From: Octopus bimaculoides
Taxonomy: Eukaryota
Length of the DNA stretch: 45,466 nt
Assembly (NCBI RefSeq): GCF_001194135.2
Contig: NC_068982.1
Coordinates: 101,073,433 to 101,118,898 of the forward strand
Reading direction: 5' to 3'
Shown: positions 1-12,019 of the stretch, piece after piece
How the letters are laid out: every line of letters starts with the position of its first letter
How positions within the stretch are numbered: position 1 is the stretch's first letter
The notes under the pieces: model-generated
The model's database searches: none
What the model was told of the DNA's origin: nothing
What the model saw: only the letters and a program-made list of their open reading frames with translations
Position numbers and translations under genes: made by a program

Positions 1-289
1 AATTTCTGTGATTTTGCAATTACAATTAAGATAAGTAGAACATGAGTGATAGAGATAAAGATAAGAGTTATCGGTAGATAAGGGATCGATAGCTAATAAT
101 TGTTTCGGACATAGGAGAAATGATGACATTAGTGTGTTTCATATCTTCACTTAGAGCAATAATGACGTAAAGGAAATGGAGTAATTCCAATCGGAAATTG
201 ATACGAGTCAGAGTTTCTGTTTGTTGAAAGCTTATCTTTACGATTATCTCTTCTGAAAAACCACTTCAATTCTTTTTACATAGCATTAC

Positions 290-345
290 GAGTGATTTGT
301 GATATTGATGTCATTCCCAGAGTATTTAGCGTTGTAAGGCTCGAA
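290..345 (-). CDS. Candidate internal exon (56 nt; FEPYNAKYSGNDINITNHS if phase 0-2), unidentified protein
   Basis: Minus-strand acceptor ATTTTTCTCTACTCTCAG with CTGAT branch-like motif upstream; donor CTC|GTAATG is moderate; no homology recognised. Confidence 0.15.
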
Positions 346-882
346 CTGAGAGTAGAGAAAAATCTGTAGAATCAGTTCTCCAAGAGATACGTATCCTAGC
401 TCCCAAAACTTCCAGCCTTCTTTTATCTTAAATACAAGGTGTTACTACAAAAATTATCATTGTAAAAGGAAAACGATTGGAATAATTTTTATTCTTTGAT
501 TTGTTGTTGTTACTTAATCTCAAGTCGACTCTAATAATAAAGACATGTCATCGGTTGGTTCATTAGTTAGAGTCTGATTAGTGAATTGTACATATACTAA
601 AGCAGCTCTTCAAGTTAAAGATAAGAGAATATGAAATAGTTGCAAAAAAGATTGACTCGTCTAACTTCTTCGTATTTCGAACTCGATCGCTCCGGCAAAC
701 AACCATGCTTGTAGAGAATTAATTGAAATTAGTGGACACTGCGAGTAAAGACATATTAAGCATTACACCATTAACTTCGACCTGCAGATCTTAGAAAAAA
801 GCCAAACACGTCCTCTTCCGCACAAAACCCTGATTGAAACTTGAAATATTGAACATTCCTTTCATAAGACGCACGTTAATAG

Positions 883-921
883 TGATGATGAAGATGATGA
901 TGATGATGATGATGATGATGA
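883..921. repeat. (GAT)n microsatellite
   Basis: Direct reading of tandem GAT units. Confidence 0.95.
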
Positions 922-1083
922 CATCAATGATTGTTTCCTTCGTGAGTCTTACAAGCAGGAAAATAAACAAACATACATACATACATAAATACAAGTATGA
1001 GAAGTGTTAATTACATAACTGTATTTATAAAAGTTTTATAAATAAACGCACGCACGTATGCACACGCACACGCATACACACAG

Positions 1084-1085
<2 letters not shown>

Positions 1086-1126
<41 letters not shown>

Positions 1127-1337
1127 CAGATATATAATAGATACACGAACAGACAGACATACAAACAGATGGACAGATCGGTAGATAGCTAGCTAGATAG
1201 ATAGATAGATAAGGAGACAGAGAGACAGAGATACAGATAGATAAACAGACAGAGAGGTAAACAGACAGGGAGATAGAGAGACAGAGACAGTAGAGATAGC
1301 TAGCTAAAAAGACAGACAGACAGACAGACAGACAGGC

Positions 1338-1402
<65 letters not shown>
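1086..1402. repeat. Compound (GA)n/(GACA)n/(GATA)n microsatellite block
   Basis: Direct reading; pure (AGAT)n at about 1338-1402. Confidence 0.95.
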
Positions 1403-2356
1403 TTAAAATATGTTACTTGATGAAAAAGAAAAAAGATATTGGAAGAGATCCACTCAGAAAAGCTCGAAACATCCCGAAAGCTTCTAACCGCAAGGTATCC
1501 TTCCCCCACGTGTTTTAGGTCAACAATGTTATTTTCCACGGTTATTTATTTATTTATTTATTCCTTACTCCAGCAGATTTTATGATATTTCACTCATAAA
1601 TCAATTTCCTCTTCTCCACCCATTTCTATTCAGAATTGTCCGTCTAGCAAGCATGTCACCCCGCCATAATTAAAGATTTTATCGGCATTTCCAGATGCAA
1701 ATGTTGTATAACGATGCTTCAGATAATAAAATATCATAACAGAAATAACTATCAAACTAAATAAATATATAAAATGCAATAAAATAAACAGCTGCATAAA
1801 AAAAAAAAATAATAAAGTGGTGGTTGATGCAAAAAAGATATGCTTCCTTTCTCTATTATTCGACATGGCTAATAGTTTTAATTATCAATTTAGGTGTATT
1901 TGTGTGCATGTGTGTACGTTGATATCTGCATGTGTGTGTAGGTGTTTGTGTGAGTGTTTTGTTGTTTTTTGTCCAAAATAGCAATTACATGAGAAATTAT
2001 TACAACTCATTCAAAACTGATATAACTACTGTCTTTACAATTTTATTCTTATAATTTTTTTTCCTATTCCAAGCTTTATATATCATTTTTACTTTTATTT
2101 TCAATTTCAATTCATATATTTTCTAATGGAATAAAAGTTACAAATACATTTAATGAATACAGAAATAAGCCACTCGCAAAAACTGATCTCTCTCCCTCTC
2201 TCTCCTTCCCTCCCTTATATATACGCGCATACACAAGCATACATGTTTGAATTTACATAAGAACTCAATACAATAAGTAGTGTATAAACATTTGTTAATT
2301 TGATCCTAAACTTTCCCTCTGTAGCTACTCTTGAGTTTCTGCTTCTCGGAGAGCAT

Positions 2357-2730
2357 ACTAATAATTTTTATTGACCAATTTCCTAATTGCTACTTCTTTT
2401 ATCGACCTAGAAAGGTTCAAAAGTAAAGTCGAGATTTCGACGGGATTCAAATTCAGAATATCAAGGGAGATAACTAAACACCACAAATATATTTTTTTTC
2501 TATCATTCAACCCATATCTATTGGCCTGTTAATTTGTCTGTACTAATAATTGTTTCTAAAATAGACACATGGGTCAAAATTAAGTGAATGCGTTAGTCGA
2601 TTAAATCGACTCTAGTACATGATTGTTATTTTATTTTAGCGACCTTCAGATGATGAAGAGCAGAGTTGGCATCGATCTGGTTTCAAAATAGAATGTAAGG
2701 AATCGAAACAAATACCGGAAGACATTCTGC
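2357..2730 (-). mobile_element. Two degraded fragments of SINE family C (same family as 36851-37066)
   Basis: Reverse-complement similarity to the TTCAAAT...GTCGACTTTG...GGGTCGATAAAATAAGTACCAG...GTCGAT module of the intact copy. Confidence 0.55.
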
Positions 2731-3214
2731 TAGGTCTAATAATAATAACCTGCAAGATCTTGTGGAAATTACACGTTTTATAGATGGTATTATTTCAATT
2801 TTGATGCATAGATTTTTAGATCTTTATACCATTGTTTCATTAAATTAAAGCCTTCGACTTCGTCTTCGATGCTTTTTTTTTCATCTCGTTATGAAAGTTG
2901 TTCAGAGAGTCACACGCAAACTTTTACGATTCCATAAGCTTAATGAAAGCGTAACGCTCAAATTTGTTTTAGTTTGCAAAAAGATTTCAGTTATGTCTAC
3001 GAAGGCGTAACACTGGTTTCGTTTTATTAAACGAACTTGTTCCGTTTTATACAAATAATTTTTAAATGTTGATAATGTCTTCAGTTTCCTTCCAGAGTTA
3101 GGTTTCTTGTAAGCATAACGCTCAAACTTGTTCCGTTCTGTTAAAAAAATTGATTTCCTTCCGGAGTTAGGCTTTCGAACGAAGGATAATATAAAAGCAG
3201 TATAATATTATAGA

Positions 3215-3215
<1 letters not shown>

Positions 3216-3291
<76 letters not shown>

Positions 3292-3308
3292 ATAATAATA
3301 ATAATAAT
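3216..3308. repeat. Compound (CTA)n(TAA)n microsatellite
   Basis: Direct reading. Confidence 0.95.
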
Positions 3309-3349
3309 GCGTTTGAGAAGAAAGCAGTGGAAGTAACGATATTTTTTCT

Positions 3350-4410
3350 GTTTACTTAAAATACTATGGTTTGATTCCTGCCTTTGAAGGAAACATAGCG
3401 CAAATCGCAGCATGGAATGAGCCAAGTCATCCGTAGGCCTCATCCCTGGAAGTACATTACAGCGAACGCTAGGAATCTTGACATGAGAAAATATTTCAGG
3501 AGTGCTTTCCTTTTGAAGAATATATAATTAAACGCAGGTTAACATAATGTAGTGATTCAAAAACAAATGTTAATCAATTGAAATTAAATCAGTATTGAGA
3601 AGAACAATCATTTATTTCTCCCTACTGTTTCATAACCAAGTATGTTCCATATGCAAGCTAAGATACGTCACCATACAAACTTGCACTGACTTCATAAACA
3701 GTAACCTCAAAAAACATTGTCCATTAGCTCAAACGTGAACTTCCTCTTCAGAACCAGATACTTCAGATCTTCACCTCCAACAGAGATAGTGTGTGTGCAG
3801 CCCTTAAGCTTTCCACCCGTCCCGCTCTCTATACAGACTCACACAGCAGACCCAAAAGTGCCTCTCTGGCAAAAAAAAAAAAAAAGAGTCACTCGGGACG
3901 GACCACTCTCTTACCTCCACTAGCTAACTTCTGCTCCTACAAATTCTGTATCCCTACGATGATGAAGTATGATCCACAATGGAGCAAACAATTACCTGGG
4001 GCGGTGATACAAATAAACATGCACAGACATTCAAAGAGTATTCAGTTGATTGTCATGAAATCGTTCACCAATGCATTGTATTTTACTGCCAATAGACATG
4101 CTGTCATCTCACCATTCTTTCTTTCTTTCTTTCTTTCTTTCTGCTTTTCCTACGGTTACTATAACATTGTCTTTGATCCTCAGAGCTGATTGATCTCGGG
4201 ACACCACCACTCAGACATCCCAGACTCTCATCACTTCTCTATTTGTCACCCATATTGTGTCCATTTTGTCAGGGCCCCAACGAATCATCACACCCAATCC
4301 TCTGAAATTTCGTCCCTGCACAGGATTTTTCATTGAGTTGCAACTGTTCAAGAGGAACGTTAACTGTGGCGATTTCTTCGATACTGGATGCCACGTGAAG
4401 GCACAGAGCA
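3350..4410 (-). pseudogene. Possible highly decayed LINE (CR1/L2-like) endonuclease region
   Basis: Across several broken minus-strand frames: LLNSCNSMKN, PDKMDTIWVT, Y.NRRKSRK..G, VYLYHRP, FIIVG, in the order expected for APE endonuclease motifs; many stops and frameshifts. Confidence 0.25.
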
Positions 4411-4423
4411 GATATCGATAAAG

Positions 4424-4426
<3 letters not shown>

Positions 4427-4477
<51 letters not shown>

Positions 4478-4490
4478 GTAGGTAGATAGA
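4427..4490. repeat. (GATA)n microsatellite
   Basis: Direct reading. Confidence 0.95.
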
Positions 4491-4984
4491 TAATGAGAGA
4501 GATAATGAGTGAGAGTGGGGAAAAGAAAGAGGAAGAGACAAAAAGATATCAACTAACACGCGGAAAATATGAAGCAGAATCCTTACTGTACTTAAAAATA
4601 ATGCCTATCGCACAATTTGGCACGTGACTCTACAATGAATCACTGTGCTGGAGAGTCCATTGGGAGTTCTTGTCAAACTAGAAACCTTTCCACACCAGAT
4701 GTGCACATCTAAGCAGCCCATATCATTTTATTTTATTTATATATTTATTCATTATTATTCTTTTTTTTTGTTTTTCATCGTTCACTCCTTAGTTCATCTT
4801 TTCCTCTCCTACCTTCCCCTGCCATGTCCAATAGCACATTTGAGGATTAGAAACTTATATCCATAAAGTATAAATCTGGTGAATTGTTATCAAGTTATTA
4901 CAATCATACTTAAAAACCGTGTCGGCAGTCGGACAGTCCAGACGCCGGCAGACTGACACCCAAACTGACAGAACGGTTAGTCAC

Positions 4985-5019
<35 letters not shown>

Positions 5020-5665
5020 TCTCTCTCTGACAAACACGGCTGTGGCTTTGCGCGCACAAGGACGCACACTCCACGTAGGTTTTGCTTAATTAGCACGTCT
5101 ATGTTCCATTTGTTTTTCATCTACTGCCATTCATCTGTGCACAATATAGTACTTGCCTATTAATGTTGCGTAGTCTTTACTTTCAAAATGCATTCATCCA
5201 ATCCTATACATGTATTTTATCTTTCTTTACCTNNNNNNNNNNNNNNNNNNNNNNNNNNNNNNNNNNNNNNNNNNNNNNNNNNNNNNNNNNNNNNNNNNNN
5301 NNNNNNNNNNNNNNNNNNNNNNNNNNNNNNNNNNNNNNNNNNNNNNNNNNNNNNNNNNNNNNNNNNNNNNNNNNNNNNNNNNNNNNNNNNNNNNNNNNNN
5401 NNNNNNNNNNNNNNNNNNNNNNNNNNNNNNNNNNNNNNNNNNNNNNNNNNNNNNNNNNNNNNNNNNNNNNNNNNNNNNNNNNNNNNNNNNNNNNNNNNNN
5501 NNNNNNNNNNNNNNNNNNNNNNNNNNNNNNNNNNNNNNNNNNNNNNNNNNNNNNNNNNNNNNNNNNNNNNNNNNNNNNNNNNNNNNNNNNNNNNNNNNNN
5601 NNNNNNNNNNNNNNNNNNNNNNNNNNNNNNNNNNNNNNNNNNNNNNNNNNNNNNNNNNNNNNNNN

Positions 5666-5709
<44 letters not shown>

Positions 5710-5887
5710 TTGAAATTTATAGAAAAACGTAAGACGAACAACAAGCAGGTGTATTAGTTTGACACTCGGGAGGGAAAGAGAGAGAGAAAGCAAGGGAGAG
5801 TGGGAGCGAGAGAGAGTACAAGCGTGAGAGAGAGAGAGAGTGAGAAAGAAAGAGTAGGTGAAAGAGATAGCAAGAAAGAGAGAGAGT

Positions 5888-5889
<2 letters not shown>

Positions 5890-5975
<86 letters not shown>
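5890..5975. repeat. (GA)n microsatellite
   Basis: Direct reading. Confidence 0.95.
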
Positions 5976-5978
<3 letters not shown>

Positions 5979-6217
5979 TACAAGTAGTTTTCGTCAACTG
6001 ACCTTATGTAATAGGTATGTACTATGTGTGTTAAGTTTGGTTCAATCACTGAAACTCTGGCTTGAACTGCAATGTAAATTCCATTTGGGTTTCAACCGAA
6101 TATTTTGCTTTATGAAGCCCATCCGCGGGTATCGGCTATCAGAATACTATTATAAAATGGTAATGGATCTCTTTACAGATGAATTAACTTAAAATCCGTA
6201 AATGTCCGTAGAATTTT

Positions 6218-6322
6218 TCAGGGGTTGATAAAATAAGTACCAGTTGAGCACTGGGGTCGATATAATTGACTTACACCCTTCCCTGGACTTGCTGGTCATG
6301 TGCCAAAATTCGAAATCAATAT
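6218..6322 (+). mobile_element. 3' fragment of SINE family C
   Basis: GGGGTTGATAAAATAAGTACCAGTTGAGCACTGGGGTCGAT...GTGCCAAAA matches the 3' half of 36851-37066. Confidence 0.75.
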
Positions 6323-6337
6323 CTAATTATAAAAATA

Positions 6338-6772
6338 CTAGCTGGCCCCGTGTCATCAAAAATGACGGCTAATTGTAGTATTTTATATGTAAATATGGAT
6401 GGTAAATCAAATTAGTACATTCGTCAATGATATCTAGTGGTTGTCTTTTGAGATGTGACATCGATCATCGTTTGTTACTGAAAGAACGCTGGCTCACACA
6501 TACAAATATTCACATACTTCCCTTGTACACATACACACATAGACTCACACGGAGTTGAAATGCTGTTTGATCTTTCTTCTCAACGTTGAATGTTCACCAT
6601 CCCACTTCCGTTGCACACACACACACACACACACATTCACATACCTCTCTTTTACATACACACACATATACTCACAGAGCTGAAACGTTTCCACTATCAG
6701 TTTGCCATCACCCCTTCCTTATTCATCTATCACCCCTTCTTTCATTATTCATATGAGTGTTATTATAGTAGA
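6338..6772 (-). mobile_element. Non-autonomous Helitron (435 bp)
   Basis: On the minus strand: host A, then 5'-TCTACTATAATAA; 3' end GCCGTCATTTTTGATGACACGGGGCCAG-CTAG, then host T. TC start, subterminal hairpin, CTAG end, A|T insertion, no TSD. Confidence 0.75.
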
Positions 6773-6844
6773 TGATAGGATTCTCAAAACATCGATTGGC
6801 TATGAGGGCCCAACCGAACAAAACAGAAATCAGAGGGGTTCATA

Positions 6845-7250
6845 GGAGTGGCTGTGTGGTAAGTAGCTTGCTTACCAACCACATGGTTCCGGGTTAAGTC
6901 CCACTGCGTGGCACTTTGGGCAAGTGTCCTCTACTATAGCCTCGGGCAGACCTAAGCCTTGTGAGTGGATTTGGTAGACAGAAACTGAAAGAAGCCTGTC
7001 GTATATATATNNNNNNNNNNNNNNNNNNNNNNNNNNNTGTATGTATGTATGTATGTATGTATGTATGTATGTGATGTGTGTGTGTATGTTTGTGTGTCTG
7101 TGTTTGTCCCCCCAACATCGCTTGACAACCGATGCTGGTGTGTTTACGTCCCCCTAACTTAGTGGTTCGGCAAAAGAGACCGATAGAATAAGTCCTGGGG
7201 TCGATTTGCTCGACTAAAGGCGGTGCTCCAGCATGAAACAAGTAAAAGAG
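6845..7250 (+). mobile_element. tRNA-derived SINE family A (octopus-type), near full length, internal microsatellite partly in an N-gap
   Basis: A-box-like GTGGCTGTGTGGTAAG, B-box-like GGTTAAGTCCC, body colinear with 22266-22698 and 21690-21956, tail GTAAAAGAG. Confidence 0.9.
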
Positions 7251-7389
7251 TTTGAGAAACACTGCTGTAAACCAATGAAATTTTAACTCTTACCCACATA
7301 AAACGGTTCAAGAGGCAAATCTTTCCTAGTTATTCTATTATCTTCTCAGAGAATCTAACATATATCATCAAAGGTAACGACGACGACAG

Positions 7390-7427
<38 letters not shown>
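7390..7427. repeat. (GAT)n microsatellite
   Basis: Direct reading. Confidence 0.95.
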
Positions 7428-7428
<1 letters not shown>

Positions 7429-7773
7429 GAGTAAGAATAACTTCGCTTTACAACAATATCAACAGTTGTAACAATAATAAACTGATATATACAGAGAAAC
7501 GCACACCAAGCGTGTGCACGTTATCATAAGAATATTTGCAATACATATGCGCACACACGGTTTAAGTTCACCGCCCTCTACCGCGTCGTATTGATGTCTA
7601 AGTGTGTGCGCGCGCGCGCGTGCGTGTGCGTCTGCTTGTAAGTGTGCGCACGCGTCAAACTGTGTGATTTGATTTCTATTCAAGCTGTCTAATTAACCGG
7701 CAAGTTACAGACAATTTCCATATTAGTAATTTGTTATATATGAATATACACCGACATCTCTCTCTCTCTGTAC

Positions 7774-7825
<52 letters not shown>

Positions 7826-9388
7826 NNNNNNNNNNNNNNNNNNNNNNNNNNNNNNNNNNNNNNNNNNNNNNNNNNNNNNNNNNNNNNNNNNNNNNNNNNN
7901 NNNNNNNNNNNNNNNNNNNNNNNNNNNNNNNNNNNNNNNNNNNNNNNNNNNNNNNNNNNNNNNNNNNNNNNNNNNNNNNNNNNNNNNNNNNNNNNNNNNN
8001 NNNNNNNNNNNNNNNNNNNNNNNNNNNNNNNNNNNNNNNNNNNNNNNNNNNNNNNNNNNNNNNNNNNNNNNNNNNNNNNNNNNNNNNNNNNNNNNNNNNN
8101 NNNNNNNNNNNNNNNNNNNNNNNNNNNNNNNNNNNNNNNNNNNNNNNNNNNNNNNNNNNNNNNNNNNNNNNNNNNNNNNNNNNNNNNNNNNNNNNNNNNN
8201 NNNNNNNNNNNNNNNNNNNNNNNNNNNNNNNNNNNNNNNNNNNNNNNNNNNNNNNNNNNNNNNNNNNNNNNNNNNNNNNNNNNNNNNNNNNNNNNNNNNN
8301 NNNNNNNNNNNNNNNNNNNNNNNNNNNNNNNNNNNNNNNNNNNNNNNNNNNNNNNNNNNNNNNNNNNNNNNNNNNNNNNNNNNNNNNNNNNNNNNNNNNN
8401 NNNNNNNNNNNNNNNNNNNNNNNNNNNNNNNNNNNNNNNNNNNNNNNNNNNNNNNNNNNNNNNNNNNNNNNNNNNNNNNNNNNNNNNNNNNNNNNNNNNN
8501 NNNNNNNNNNNNNNNNNNNNNNNNNNNNNNNNNNNNNNNNNNNNNNNNNNNNNNNNNNNNNNNNNNNNNNNNNNNNNNNNNNNNNNNNNNNNNNNNNNNN
8601 NNNNNNNNNNNNNNNNNNNNNNNNNNNNNNNNNNNNNNNNNNNNNNNNNNNNNNATATAGAATCATATGAGTCGATGTATATTTCTCTTTTTTTTTTCAT
8701 GACGTAAGCTGTGAAATGAGAGACATTTGCTGAGATTTCTAGTAGGTCTAAGAACCTCATATAGACTTCCAGGAATCTGTGATATTCATGCTGTTTGCGG
8801 CGTAAAAAAAAAATGGTTTTAATTGAAAATTGAACCTGTGTTGCAACGTCAGCTTGCGCAGTTTTCTGTACGAGAAACTCCGGCAACCTCATTACCCAGC
8901 AGATCTCAGTACAACGACATGGCTCCCAGGCCAATAACTGAAGATATAGTGATTTAACTTTGATCGTTGCATTCAGTAATTGTTTTATTATTAAAAGAGA
9001 CTTGTGAGATAATATTGCAGCAATGTATCAAAGAACTTTACTAAGGTAATTACTCTACTTGTTATGTTTGTGTTATGATATTAAATTGTTGCCTGTGTTT
9101 TTTGGCAAAGAATTCAATCTACTGATTAAAGAGTTCTGAAGTGCTATATCGATGTTTTAATGGGGTTAAAATAGTGTATGTATCCTTTACATGCAAGATA
9201 ATACTTGCATCGTTGAAAGATATCTGTGAAATATATACTTCAAGGTTATGCATAGGTAGGTATTCATATAATTTCCTTAATGTGTTTCTTTTTTTGTTTG
9301 ACTTTGCAACTGAATAATAGTCAACTACAAAAGGGAGAAAAAAACATTTTGACGATACCAAATTATTTGTTCGAGTGCATATATGCAC

Positions 9389-9389
<1 letters not shown>

Positions 9390-9419
<30 letters not shown>

Positions 9420-9502
9420 TGTATGTATGTATGTATGTATGTATTATGTATGTATGTTTGTATGTATGTTTGTATGTATGTATGTATGTACGTATGTATG
9501 TA
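9390..9502. repeat. (TATG)n microsatellite
   Basis: Direct reading. Confidence 0.95.
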
Positions 9503-9806
9503 TCTAAGTATGCATGCATGTATTTACGTATGCATTCACGACTTTCTGCTAGATTAAAATGTCTTCATGATTTTTCACTTAGGTTCGGTATATTTTACAG
9601 ATTTCTTTTATCACTCCACTGGTTTACTGGATGCAACAGACTGATGCACTGGCCATGAATAATATCGCCCTCATCCTCACAACGTCACGGGAAACAAACA
9701 AATTATAGGTTGACCCAACGGACTTCGAACAGTTTGGGAAAGAAAATTATATACTATATGAAATAAACATTTGCTAAAGCAAATGGTATGTTGATATCTA
9801 TCTATA

Positions 9807-9807
<1 letters not shown>

Positions 9808-9882
<75 letters not shown>
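9808..9882. repeat. (CA)n microsatellite
   Basis: Direct reading. Confidence 0.95.
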
Positions 9883-9884
<2 letters not shown>

Positions 9885-10279
9885 ATATATATATTATATT
9901 ATATTTATATATAATTCGTTTTACTCTAAGAAGCGGTGCACGGTACTAGAATTTTCGACTCGAATCAATTATAACAAATCGTTCTTAGAATAGACACATA
10001 AATGGATTCTGGACCGATTAGCTTGTACTGGCATCGAATCGTATGAAACCATTTCCTATTATGTATTATGCAGACGTGAAACTTACGTATCAAATGATTT
10101 CAAAGTATCACTATTTGCTTTATATATATATATATATATATTATAAATCCAAAATTAGGGAATGGAGTAGATAAAATCCAGGCTACATGTTTCATAGCTT
10201 GTAGAACCTCGGAAGTAGTAGTTACCCAAACGAGGAGTAATGTGCTAGCTACTCGCAGGGCCAAAGATAGCTTACTCAT

Positions 10280-10627
10280 TTGAAATATGTCACAATCATA
10301 TTATAACTAAGCTAAATTTTGCTTAAACCTAAACACTGCAAATCAGTCAAGGTTGTTGAGTGATTTTTAAATAAAGCTATTGTTTTATAAGTTTGTTCAG
10401 AGTTGCCTCTCTTAGGTACATCCCATTGACAAGAGTCAATAAACTCGAAATATCGATGTTTGGGACTCATGATAGAGGGTGACATTGAACAAACCGGATG
10501 TTTTCACACCTTTTTACCATAAGAGATATTTCTCCACGGTAACTGCAGTGTATTTGCCTTTTAGCAGTTGAAATATGTCACAAACATATTTTAACTAACC
10601 TAAATTTTTCTTATGTCTAAACACTGC
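10280..10627 (+). repeat. Pair of 60-bp direct repeats (10280-10339 and 10568-10627)
   Basis: Hand alignment gives 53/60 identical, both TTGAAATATGTCACAA...TAAACACTGC. Confidence 0.9.
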
Positions 10628-10998
10628 CTGGCGATAACATTTCGATATATATATATAGTTTTGTATTTATGTATTTATGTAAAATATATTTCTGTGAGAA
10701 CTCGATCGAAATGAATATTGAATTAGTTTTTTCATATTAATGGCTATGACACAAGTATTCAGGAGCAGGCTACCATGGATTTCATGTCAGTAGCCAACGA
10801 TGAATGTTTGTTGAAAAATCTTACATCTATTTGACCTTTTTTTTTAAAAAAAGGTTTCTTCAAGATGGCTATTGGGTGAGGTCTCCTGTGAGAGGAGAAA
10901 CTCTGTGAATATATGACCCAGCTCGTTTCATTCTACAGAAGAAACAGGGTGTAGATGTGTAACTCTTTAAAATATTTAGGTTCTCTCCCCTTGAACCG

Positions 10999-11295
10999 GA
11001 GACCCCCTTCGGTCACGAATGACCATGGGATTGCACCTAGAAAGTTACCCTCCGAGGCACAAGTCCGGGCAAGGTTGTTTATGGAAGACCAGCAGTCGCC
11101 CATTCATACCAGCCTCCCCTCTCCACGCCACCGATCCAGGGGAAAGGCAAAGGTCAATACAGCTTGGCACCAGTGACGTCGCAACTCATTTCTACAGCTG
11201 AGTGAACTGGAGCAACGTGAAATAAAGTGCCTTGCTCAAGAACAGAACACGGAGCCCAGTCCAAGATTCGAACCACTGAGCCATGCGCCTTCCAC
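10999..11295 (-). mobile_element. tRNA-derived SINE with CORE/Meta-like central block (head D, tail X)
   Basis: Minus strand: TGGCTCAGTGG A-box fused to GTTCGAATC B-box, then CTTGAGCAAGGCACTTTATTTCACGTTGCTCCAGTTCACTCAGCTG, shared with 22817-23118 and 18317-18390. Confidence 0.85.
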
Positions 11296-11932
11296 ATGAA
11301 TCATATATGATAATATTATATAAAGAAACAACATTTTCAGATAGATGATCCCAATGTTTAGTCTGTGTACAGTTAGAGAGCAGCTGGTGATAATGCTTCG
11401 ATGAAGGTATTCCGGCTCAAGGCCATATGCACAATGACATAGAGGGTAAAGTTGTAAAGTAGTTAAAGGAGTGTTTTCCTTTAAAACCTTTTGCCTTCTA
11501 TGAAGCATTATGTTTATGATTGAGCTTAAGTGCACAGACGGAACGTTATGACCATTTTATTATTGTTGTTCAATGTTTTAGACAAATTTTTAGATCAATT
11601 TTCATTGATTTTTGTTACTTCATATAATGTCTTTATCAAACATATAGTATAAGAGGAGTGAATCTAGTTAGATGATTTAGAATATTATGAGAAATGATGG
11701 AAAAAACAAAAAGAAGGAATGACAACAAATTAATCGGTTCAGCGAGATTGGTGGAAACTGAACCGCCGTCATTTGGTAACATCAAGAGGAGAGACCAACA
11801 AAACAAGCAACAGCTTGCTGAGCCTTTCATCCAGTAAGAAAATTGACAAAGACTGATAACAACAACAACATATAACACACATATATGGAACACATATATA
11901 TATACACGCGCGCACACATATATATATATATG

Positions 11933-11969
<37 letters not shown>

Positions 11970-12019
11970 AACAAATATAAGCATGAGCTTACAAAGTAAT
12001 TTCCATGCTTCCCTTACAT

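Noticed and set aside
29-250. Cluster of WGATAR motifs
   Set aside because: Most simply a decayed (GATA)n/AG-rich tract, common in this window
1424-1493. Plus-strand frame EEIHSEKLETSRKLLTA ending at AAG|GTATCC
   Set aside because: No pyrimidine tract or plausible acceptor; in-frame stop immediately upstream
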